In this document: positions 22,840-33,300 of the stretch, piece by piece
Layout: each line of letters begins with the position of its first letter
How positions within the stretch are numbered: position 1 is the first letter of the stretch
Assembly (NCBI GenBank): GCA_040285825.1
Contig: JAUPSS010000004.1
Coordinates: 5,361,784-5,425,783 of the forward strand
Source: Eukaryota sp. TZLM1-RC
Taxonomy: Eukaryota > Protista > Metamonada: BaSk clade
Reading direction: 5' to 3'
Length of the DNA: 64,000 nucleotides
Made by a program: the position numbers and the translations under genes
Notes under the pieces: model-generated
Database searches by the model: none
The model's input: only the letters and a program-made list of their open reading frames with translations
Told to the model about the DNA's origin: nothing

Positions 22840-24894
22840 TTAAATACTTATCGAATTAAACTGAAACTGACAGTAGATCAACTGTTGAATTAAAGTCAAA
22901 AAATTCACATGTTCACCCAAAATTTCATTAATTTCCTTATTAAATTTTTCATCGTCACTATCATCTTGAGAGTTATTAATAAATTCAGATAACAACCTAT
23001 GAGCAGAAATCAGTGAATCCAAGCCCAACTTCTCTTCCAAGTACAGTTGTAGACATTCTATTCTAAAACCTAATGATTGACGTGAGAAATTTCCATCAAA
23101 TTTGATAGTCTGATTTTTGAAATTTTTAAATTTTGACACTGCTTCTTTGAGGTCATCCTTTTTGAGTAGCCATTTTTTAAACCCATCATGTCCCTCTTCA
23201 CTGTCAGAATCAACGTCTTCCACTACCTCACTATCTGAATCACAATCATTTTTTTGATTGTTTTCATTTATTTGGACTAGGTCATTATGTAACGTCATCA
23301 TTTTGACCTGTTCTTCTTCGACTTCCTCCTTTTTCAACTCCTGTACATTACATTCATTACCGACCTCTTTCTTCACATCCTGCACAGGTTCATTACCGTC
23401 CTTTGGAGCATTTGGCGGGGTCATTGAGGGTTCTGGAAGTGCAGAAAAAGGCGTCGAAACATGCTTTTTACGATCATCCAATTCTTCTTTTTTCTTGTGC
23501 AAAAATACATTATTTCTGTTTTGTAATTCCCGTAGCCTGGCATGGCGTTCTTGTCGTTCTTTTTCTATATTATCTAATATTTTCCTTGCTCGTTCTCTTG
23601 GGGAAAGCGGAGGTGTCACTGATCTCTTCTCGTCAACCTGATCCCTTCTCACGTCAACTTTTTGAGCTTCCTTTTGTTCTTCCTTAGGATCTTCTACTTT
23701 TTCTGGTGGTAATATTCCACGGTCAATTAATATTCTTCTTCTATTCCTTTCAGCTGCTTCTTTCTGTTCTAAAAAGGCCTTTTTCCTCTGTTCAGAAGTT
23801 ATGTCTTCAATATTTCTAGCAACAGGAGGTTTTGATTGGGGAATAGGTTTTGGGATAGGGTTGGGGTTAGGGTTTGGTTTTGGTTTATACTGGTTAGGGT
23901 TAGGGTTGAAACTGGGTTTGGGTTGCTGTCGTTCCCTTACATTTGGCTTGTTATTTACTCTATTATTAGCTACTTTGGCTCTGGCCCGAGGATCCAATCG
24001 TTGAATTTCAGGGGGTAATTCAGCTTCTAAAGCTGGAGAAGGTCTATTATGCAAAACAGTATGACAAAACTCACTCTTTATCGTACTTCTGCTCAATAAT
24101 TTCTGTACCTTCGTTTGCATTAAGGGTAATCGAAGTATAGCATTGATGCTAGGTCGTTGTTTCGGATCCCTGCAAAACATCATTTTGATTAAATTTCGTA
24201 AATCATTACTATAATGACTTGGAATCGGGGGATACACGCCCCTCAAGATTTTCAAAACCAAGCCTTTCATGTTGTTGGCATCGAATGCATGCCGTAAAGT
24301 CGTCATTTCGTAGAGTACACATCCCAATGACCAGATATCAGACTTGTTATTATAAGGCTTATCTTCACAAATTTCAGGGGATAAGTAGTATGGTGTTCCA
24401 ATAGCTGTTTTAGCACACTCCATGGTTGACTTGAGAACCCTTGCAATACCAAAGTCACCTAATTGAACAGAATTATCTTGGGTGAGGAAGACATTTTGGG
24501 TTTTAATGTCGCGATGTAAGATCTTGCGGTCATGGACGTGCTTAATAGAGAGGCAAAGCTGCGTGAACCAGTCCCAGATTTGATCTTCCTTAAAGTGGAG
24601 ACCTCTGCGTTGTTGGATGTGGTTGTAGAGGTCTCCCTTCTCAGCAAAATCCATAACGATGCACAGCTTGCCTTCAGCTATGAAGGACTCTCGGTAAGTA
24701 ACGATGTGGGGATGGTTGAGTTGAGAGAGAACGCGGATTTCGGTAAGGGCTTCAGCTTTTTCCTTGCGGGAGAGTTGAGAGACATTGATTTCCTTGATAA
24801 TGAAGGGCTTGTTGGTTTGGCGGTGGCGTACAAGGATAGCGGCACCAAAGGAACCTTTGCCGACGACTTTAACACGTCGATAGCGGTCACTCAT
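22840..24894 (-). CDS. NEK: NIMA-related Ser/Thr kinase (NEK1-like)
   Basis: GKGSFG, HRDIKTQNVFL, DFGIARVL, GTPYYLSPE, coiled-coil tail and NEK1-type C-terminus RIECLQLYLEEKLG. Confidence 0.93.
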   Translation of the reverse strand: MSDRYRRVKVVGKGSFGAAILVRHRQTNKPFIIKEINVSQLSRKEKAEALTEIRVLSQLNHPHIVTYRESFIAEGKLCIVMDFAEKGDLYNHIQQRRGLHFKEDQIWDWFTQLCLSIKHVHDRKILHRDIKTQNVFLTQDNSVQLGDFGIARVLKSTMECAKTAIGTPYYLSPEICEDKPYNNKSDIWSLGCVLYEMTTLRHAFDANNMKGLVLKILRGVYPPIPSHYSNDLRNLIKMMFCRDPKQRPSINAILRLPLMQTKVQKLLSRSTIKSEFCHTVLHNRPSPALEAELPPEIQRLDPRARAKVANNRVNNKPNVRERQQPKPSFNPNPNQYKPKPNPNPNPIPKPIPQSKPPVARNIEDITSEQRKKAFLEQKEAAERNRRRILIDRGILPPEKVEDPKEEQKEAQKVDVRRDQVDEKRSVTPPLSPRERARKILDNIEKERQERHARLRELQNRNNVFLHKKKEELDDRKKHVSTPFSALPEPSMTPPNAPKDGNEPVQDVKKEVGNECNVQELKKEEVEEEQVKMMTLHNDLVQINENNQKNDCDSDSEVVEDVDSDSEEGHDGFKKWLLKKDDLKEAVSKFKNFKNQTIKFDGNFSRQSLGFRIECLQLYLEEKLGLDSLISAHRLLSEFINNSQDDSDDEKFNKEINEILGEHVNFLTLIQQLIYCQFQFNSISI

Positions 24895-25402
24895 GATGGG
24901 TATAAAGGGCTAAAAAGAGAATAAAATCACTAATAGGAATAGGAGTTTGTATTATAGAGGAAATCTTGGTTCATGGATTCTAGACCTCGTATCTGGTGCA
25001 AATGCTTTCCTGCCGCTATTGAAGAAATTTCACCCAGAAGGTTGGTTTGCTTAAGATTTTCATACGCCAAAGAACTGTTGTTCACTAAAATTATTTTTGT
25101 TGAACAATTTTTTATTCAACAAAAAATATGAAAACATAAAATTGTTCAATAAAATTTACTGTGGTTGTCACTTTGGTTGCGTTTTGGTGTATTTTTTTCA
25201 CCAACCAGATCTTGCACCAACGTCTGGTTTCTCCCTACGACGTATATGGGCCCTAGTTTTCAACTTTTACTTAATGGTGTAGACATAAAACACAGAAAAC
25301 CTAGAACACAGTTCAGGAGCTTCTTAGCATAAGAACGTGCCAATAATGTTCAAATAAACAACAAAAAACAACAACTGTTTATTTACAAAATAACTTACTT
25401 TA

Positions 25403-25878
25403 TTACAGATTGTCTAAATGAACAGAGATATCTTCAACAGTATTGAAAATGGCTTCCAGCTCTCGTTCGTCTAGCTCAATGTTAACATTTTCCTTCGACA
25501 TGTCATTAGAAAGCTTCAAACCAAGTAAAACGCAAGGGACAGAAGTTTTTTCTTAATGAATGACCAACAATTTTGTTTAACTTCCAATCAGAGCTTTCAA
25601 GGAAAGTTTTCCTGGTATTATTACTGGATGAGCGAGGAGCACGAGGTGTGTACATGGACTGTACAGGTTGAGGCGTCGGAGGCGGAGCAGCATAATTTGC
25701 AATTTGTGGAGGGCTAGTAATGGGGCATGAACTGAGGGAGTAATAGAAAGAAGTTGAAAGATTACCAAGGAGTCCTAAAGCTCGGAAAAGAAGGAAAGTG
25801 AGGGAAATAAGAACCGAGTTTATGAAATGAGGGGAAAGTGTGGAAATAGTGAAAACCTCACAAAACCAAGTTGAGGGT
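25403..25878 (-). pseudogene. COMM-domain protein, frameshifted at an A6 run (or a real gene with an assembly error)
   Basis: ..LESSDWKLNKIVG.. then, one frame over, PCVLLGLKLS..ENVNIELDERELEAIFNTVEDISVHLDNL*; no clear ATG. Confidence 0.55.
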
Positions 25879-25964
25879 TAAAAGTCTCCCAGAACAGGCA
25901 ACAAGAAGTCGAAAATGGGGTGACAAGTGTAAAATTTGATAGATGAGCTGTTTATTCTCACTAC

Positions 25965-26574
25965 ATGACAGACACCCGCTCTGTGTCACGTGTATTCACT
26001 CGGTCTTGTGCACTTAACTCGCTGCTCACCCCTGCAGCGGTGCATCAAATTTGGACTGACCTTCCTTTGGTCACCGAGATTTGTCATGAAGCTTCTTTAT
26101 TGCTTCAATTTTTTCTTCTAAATTTTCCGTTGGCATTTAGAGTTTTAGTGGAACAGGATGTATGGTATCTTTTTATAAACTCTATCTTGCTTAGGGTTTT
26201 GCTAATTTCCCTTCTCATTGCCGAAAAGTCAATCGATATGAATCAGCAAGGGCTTTCAGAAAATGGACGTGTTATCAAAAGGACGTGAAGCACTTGTCAC
26301 CCAGTGAATTTAATACAAACAAACTGTCAAGTTGCTGCATGGCCGAGAATATTCAAGCAGGCTTATGGCAGATGCGTATTTGTACTGAGTGTCAAATAGT
26401 ATATTACAGAGATATTTCGGCTGCAAAAAACATTCAAATTAAGAAGAAAGCGGAATTGTGGCCGGAAAGATACATTTGCCCGGATGCTCTGTTGAGAAGA
26501 TGAATGGTGAACCTGAGCATACAGAAACAAAATCTTTTGAGACCGATCTACAAATGCCTTAGTAGCATTTGGTA
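25965..26574 (+). pseudogene. Internally deleted Fanzor family A copy: N-terminus fused to C-terminus plus partial omegaRNA
   Basis: ~26177-26574 is highly similar to the reverse complement of ~15566-15963; 25965-26176 encodes a Fanzor1-like N-terminus (SCALNSLL...EICHEASLLLQFFLL); RuvC-III reads YYRD. Confidence 0.8.
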
Positions 26575-26626
26575 ACATCAGCAACACAACTTCTTTTTGG
26601 AAAGTAAATATTCGCTGCTGTTGAAA

Positions 26627-29600
26627 ATGAGTGACCAAATTACGTCTTTACCTCAAATTGATACGAATGTTCAGGCGGAATTATTTGATAACGAAGAAAT
26701 TTTACTTCGTAGATTTTCAAATATTATTGGTAATTATCAACCACATTGTTTTTTGAATCACAATCTAATCAAGTTTGATTTACAAGTTTTAAAGAATCGA
26801 TTCAATTATTTTGGTTTACCATTTCCCACTGGTTCAGTTGATTCAACAGTGGATGTACTTAATCATCTTTCACCAAGATGGAAGGAAATTGTCATCAGGG
26901 AAAATCAGGGTGGTTTTTATCTTTTAGATACACTGGTGTTTGCAAAAAAATTCATCAAAATCCAATATGGTCATAGTGTGGGGAATTTGGCCTACAAAAT
27001 GATTAATGAGAAGAAAATCAAACTTCATCAACAATTCACCAATATTTTACCTGTTGATTGTTTAGCTACTACTCCACTGAGACAAACTTTAATTCAATAT
27101 GGGCTTCAAGATTGTTCACTATGTCTGAAACTTTTCGTGTTGTTTCAGAAAGATAAGTTAGTTTTACAATCTTATAAAACCATTCGAGCAACCGTCAACT
27201 CAATGGTTAAACATTCAAATGTTATACTCAAAATGAAAGAAATTGCTTCAAAATTTCAACAGTTACGAATTCATACAACTTTTTGCTTAAAGCTGTATTT
27301 ACAATCCCGATTTGAACGTAATTTGCCACTACCACGAATTTCTGCCAAACTATATGAATCATTAATGGCCAGAATTCGTAACATTTCAGATTATTTTTTA
27401 TGAGCAACAAATGGTAAAGCCTAAAAGTGAAATTCCACAGGATTTGGAAGATTTTGTTTATGGTGAAGGAGATTATAATTTATCAACTACCTTTGAACAA
27501 CAAAAGTCAAACAAAACTTTAAGTTATCTTGATCACTTGAGACACAGGCCTGAATACTTCCCACGATTTCCAACAGATGGATTCAGTCGACCACCTGAGT
27601 ATATGGCCCCAGTTATGTTTGCAAATTTTGAGAATAATTTGAAATTAAATAATGAGAAACATATTAATCGATTTATTAATGTTTACTTTGACAAAGTAGA
27701 TGTGGAAGTTGTGTTAGCAGAAATGCACAAGCTGGGTGGATACGCAACACCATTATCTACAATTATTTCACTATATAGATTTAGGCTTCGTCAATTCAAA
27801 ACCTTGTTTTAGTTGATGATAGAGATTGCTTGAGTTCTTTGTTTCATCATCCTGAAAATATTTCAGACCTTCTGAATGATGAATTTTTCGATTTATGTGA
27901 ACACCATGATATAAGAAATAATGAACGTAGAGACATTATTGAAGGTGTTATTGAGCCCTTTACTTGTCAAATTGAGAATTTGGTCACTGACGAGAATTTA
28001 GTTGATAACATATTTCCAGTGAATATACATTTTCTTGCAGACGCTGTTGAAACAGATCCTCAAATATTCCTAAAACCAGCAATTACAATTGCCCAATATA
28101 TCTCCAGTAGAGAGAAAAAACCTGATCATATTTCTCCTGTTTCAACCACTGTAGGCCCTGGATATTTTCCCATTGATACAAGAACACTATGGAGAATTGT
28201 TAAACAAACACTGATGGACGATTTGTTGCCTGATCAGAGATTAAAAATGTCCAATACATTAGCCCAAATTACGAAATTCAAACCACCTCAGCAATTTGAC
28301 TTTTGGTCTAATATTCTCGATTTAAATCAACCAATGTTCAAACAGAAGAGCTATAAATTCAACAACATTATCCACACAGATGGATTTAATATTGCAGTAG
28401 AGTTTGTTCGTCGGGATTTACAAGGTCAGAAATGTAAGCCAGACAACAAGGCTAGTATTTCTGATTTATATATTCATGATGTTGATGTTGATACTTTTCA
28501 AGACAAACGAATTGTTGTTTGTGATCCTGGAAAACGTGATTTATTGTATTTTGGGAGTAAAAAGACTGATGAAGAACTAGCCATGGTGCCTGAACATGAA
28601 ACTGAACAGCAAAGAAATAGTCGGGTGATGAATCAAGACAAGAAGTACAAATGGTTAAGAATGACTCAGATGTCCTGGTCTTTGAAAAGCAGGATGAATA
28701 AAAAGCAGAAACGATGGGCGACAAAGTATACTGAGGTAGGTTACGACAGAAGCCAAATGATAGAGTCTAACGAAATGACAATTGAAGATGCAAATACCCA
28801 ATTATCAGCATTTGCTGCCAATTTATTGGAGAAGTTTGACAAGGATCTTAGTTTTTTTTTAAGCGAAACCTTTTTATTCTAAACCTATAAATCAACATCT
28901 AAAAAATCCATCTCTCCCAAAACAAAAACACTAGATGCAACTCTCTCATAGTAAGATCCAAGAGAAAGCAAAGTATCAGAAACCATCTTCAACATCCCCT
29001 TAAAAATAGAAAACACAATTCTATTTTGCCAAAACAATTTGTTGAAATTTCTGCCAGTTCTTCTCTTTACAATCATTTCAAAATCATCCAAAAAACGTAA
29101 AGCAGTTGGTGCAAGTGAACCAAAAAGGGAAAATACAAATGGATACAAATTGTATTTTGCATGCTGTAGACTGGCCAATTTGGACAAAGGTTCATTGTAT
29201 TTTTTGTATTTAAAATTTTCAGCATTTGAAAGGGGATTATGAATTTCAGAATTAACAAGCCTTTCATTTGAGGCATTACAAGGATCAACAGACATTACAT
29301 CCAATAAAATGAAGCTTCCATCTAATCCAGGTAATATGACATCACCTCTATTATTCTTATGAAAATCATTTTCAGCATCAAACAGATTTGACAACAGAGG
29401 TTCCAAGAAGGATTCAATTCTATGAGATTTACACATACAATATAACTGGTCTCTTACAGCATCATGAACCTTGCTTCTAAAAGTAATAAAATGTTTACAA
29501 TTTAACAAATGAGTAGTTGTAATTTCTCGAGAACATTTACAAATTAAATTATGAGGTAAATTATCAGGCCAGATAAAGGAACGAAATCTCATATTCAGAG

Positions 29601-30300
29601 TCCAAGCAGAATCGGATAAGAGAGTACCATAAACTTGTGGAATTGTTGTTACTAAGGCAGAAGAAGTACTGACACACATATCTTGTAAAAGATTTGCAAA
29701 AGCGGGATTCTTGCTGCCAATTCAGCAACTTTTATAGATTTTTCCAACTTTGTGGTTGCCAAACTTCGGCAAGTTTTTTTGACAATTGACTTTTACAGTC
29801 TTGACTTGTGGAGCATTCATAAAATGCAAGCTTTTATTCACAAGCAAAAGGCTGAAAGCTGGTTGTTAAAAAGCCTTGTTCAGCAGTTTGGCAACCCAAA
29901 AAACACTTTAATACTAATGGGTGATTATGGTAAAAAAGGTTTTAAAAATTTGAAACATCAGAGACCTACTCGAGGCATTGGATGGATTCAATTTCTGAAA
30001 AGAAATGGATTTGAAGTATTGATGATCAAAGAAGCTTTCACTTCAGCAAAATGTCCTGTTTGTTTTGAAAAGGTTGCTACGTTTTTGAGAGTAACAAATC
30101 CCAGAGTGTATAGAAGAGAAATGACTCCTGTTACTACATGAAATGGTTTATTAGCTTGTAATAGCGAGAGTTGCAAACTCAGTAACAAAGGCTCAACAAA
30201 GCTCTTCAATAGAAATAAGCTGGCTTGTCTGAATATGTTTGCAATTGCTGAAGCCAGAATGAGTGGTAATGAAAGGCCTCAGTATCTATGTAGTAGATAG
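26627..30300 (+). pseudogene. Fanzor1-type nuclease family B (~924 aa reconstructed), disrupted
   Basis: IHTDG, RuvC-I VCDPG, LMGD, RuvC-II KEAFTSAKCPVC, GLLAC..C, NRN(K)LACLNM, terminal RPQYLCSR; compensating T-run frameshifts at ~27395 and ~27808, CRE insertion, premature TGA at 30139. Confidence 0.88.
28824..29710 (-). mobile_element. 5'-truncated CRE-like retrotransposon inserted in Fanzor B, 12-bp TSD TTGCTGCCAATT
   Basis: TSD at 28812-28823 and 29711-29722; RLE ORF CKC..HLLNC..HD..RD, RGD..LDV..K..KY; AATAAA and A9 tail; near-identical to 53386-54211. Confidence 0.92.
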
Positions 30301-30339
30301 TTTTTGTAATTATTCCACACGAAAATTGATCGTGTATTT

Positions 30340-33300
30340 ATGGGAATTTCCCACATAACTGTTGTTTCAATGTCGAATCGATTTAAACCGTCATCACCTG
30401 TCTCCTTTCTAGTAACAGGAGGATGTTGTGCACTACTTACAGGTGATTCTTCAATTGTGCCGCTTCAGTATTCTGCCTCACATAACCAACGTAAGATACA
30501 TCTCACTCAACATTTTCATGTTGTTGAAACAGAGGATCTCATGTATATTGCTCTCCAACAATGTTGTTTCGGAGGATCCTTTGTTTGCGACCCCGTTCCT
30601 CTCCCCAGCCTCTCATCTCTCAAGATTTCCACGTTTGCCAGTACGAAACAACACCTTTACGCTATTTCATCTGACAACATTCTCCATAAGATCGATCTTC
30701 TTGCACTGACCTCGTCCGAGTTTTCTCTCCCGTTCAAGCCAAGACAAATGGAGGTAGCTAACGACAAGATATCTCTCGTCTCAACCGAAGGAGAACTCTA
30801 TTCTCTCAATGCCAGCAATGGTGAAGTCACACATGAATCCATGAATGATATTGATAATTTTGCTCTTGGTGCCGATTGCTCGCTGTTTTCTTCTTTTGAT
30901 CGGAAACTACACGCGATTGATATGACTGACAACCAATCAACCCCAATCACCGATATTAATGACGTGACTCATGTTTCTATTTCTGGTAACAATGGAATTT
31001 GTGCCACGGATTCCCATGTCTATGTGCTTACTTTATCCAAAACTGAGGTAATTACCCCCAAGATACTGTTTTCTTGTCCAGTTACTGACTTTACTGACCC
31101 TATTTCCAATGTTTATGTCACTCCATCTGGTTTTTATGTAGTTTGTCCTAATACTGTTTTCTTTGCTGAATTGCCAAATGAATCCTCTGATGAGACTTAC
31201 AATTTCCAAAAATTACTAGTATTTGACGACAACAATGAAGCTCATTTGGTAACTAAACAAGATATCGCTCAAGAAAGTTTTGTTGTTGATGAAGAGCAAA
31301 CAAAGACCAATGAATCACAAAATCCAACACAAAATCAAGAATCTCTCAATACCACTTCAGTTGATAACATTACTCTCCAAAGTGCGTACGACTCAGATTC
31401 TTCATCCATAAATTCAAATTCAGCCAAGGAGTCTGAAGATGAAGATATTAGTGATTTAAATGGCACTGTTGAATCTACTGTTGATTATAGTAGTTTAGGT
31501 AATCCTGAATTATGCAATGTTGATCAAAAACATGATGAAAGGAGATTATACTTTGAGAATAAGTTTTCTATTGGTGAATATCCTATCTTTGCTGTGAATA
31601 ATGTTTGTTTTGTTTTTGATGAACACAGAAGGAGAAAAATCTCAGTCAACTGCGGCGATATTGACAAAATTTTTACTTCACACGTTGGTCCTTTTTTCAA
31701 ATCCTCAGATGGTAAATATTTTGCCGTAGATTGTGAAGATATTGATGATATGGAAGTTCAAGAACTCAAGGGTCTTGATAATCTTGACATTATTGCATTT
31801 ACACCTTTTCCTTTAATCTCTGATGGCACTGTTCATGTACCTAAACTTGATGAGGATAGTGAAGAAATTGTTTTTGTTTCTTTTCCGACACTTGTAAATA
31901 TTCGTCAAATTTCTGCATGTGATGAGCTGACAGCTTTTGTTACTTTTGATGGTTACGTTTGGTTATGGAATATGAAGGAGGACGAAATATTCAAACATAA
32001 AAATTTAAGACATGTTAGCCAAATTTCGGTGAGCTCTTCTCAAGGCTTGGTTGTTTTAAATGATGGAACTCTTTTAGGATGGAGTAGTGACGAGGAGTGT
32101 GGATTTATGCCTAGTGGTGTTGGCAAAATTCCAATGGAAACTCCTGTAATTATTGATGTTCCACCTATCGAATACGTGGCAGTTTCGCGAGATCATGCTA
32201 TTTGTTTAACAAAAGAAGGAACTGTTTATACTTTTGGTTCTAATAACTATGGTAAATGTGGAGTTAATTCAGATGATGATGTTATTACTCCAACTTTATT
32301 ACCATTTGAAGGTGTTGATCACGTTGCTATTGGTAAAGACAATTCTTATTTTATTAAAGATAATGTGATTTATGCTTGTGGGGAAGAAGATGGACTTTTA
32401 CGTAAGTCATTCAGTGATTGCTCTTCATTTAAACAATCTATTTGTTTTTCAAATGGTCTTAAAATGACTAGTCCTCAGCTACTCAAACAACCATGGGATA
32501 ATGAAGCTAATGCCAAGTTGATAAAGGAGGCAAGTCACGGCCTCAATAGAATTGCTTTTGGTAATTGGGGGAATCTTCTCTATGTTAATAAAGAAGGGAA
32601 GCTTTTAGCCAAAGGTGACAATAGCAACGATGTTCTTGGAATATGTAAGGAATCTGAAGATTCTTTTACTCAGGTCATTAATGGTAATGATGTAACTGAT
32701 GTATTTATGGCTGGTAGAGCTACTTTTTTCAAAACCCAAAGTGGTCGAGTTTTTGCTTGTGGAGATGGAGAAAAATTAGCAATTCCAAGTACAAGGAATG
32801 AAGATGGAGAGTATATCACGAAAATCCAAGTAGCTATTCCTTATGAGGAAGTAAATAATGCCAAGTTCTTCTGTGGTGATAGGAGAAATATTGCTGTACT
32901 ATTTCAAGATGGTAAAAGTGGAATTCTAGTGGAAGAAAAAGGACTTTTGTATCCCAAAGTAGTTTGTAACTCTCCCAATGCCATGATTACTTCTAATAAT
33001 GACTCTGAATGGTTTGTAAAAGAAGACGGTACTGTCTATAGAGCTTCCCCTAAATTACGAAGAATAGTTGGTCTTTCTAATGTTGTTATGCTTTCAGTGA
33101 GTGATTACCACGGGCTAGCCCTACTTAATGATGGTAATGTTGTGGCTTGGGGTCGTTGTTGTTATGATTCTGATTCAGCAGTAGAAGAAGTTGATTTGAA
33201 TTTTGAATTTGTAAGTACTCCTTCTTGCTTCACTTCTGAAGATGAAAATGGGTTTGGTAGTAATTACTTATTCAAAATAATCCCTAATTTACCCAAAGTT

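Noticed and set aside
23855-23910. TTAGGG-like telomeric repeats
   Set aside because: They encode the PNPNP/PKP low-complexity linker of the NEK kinase.
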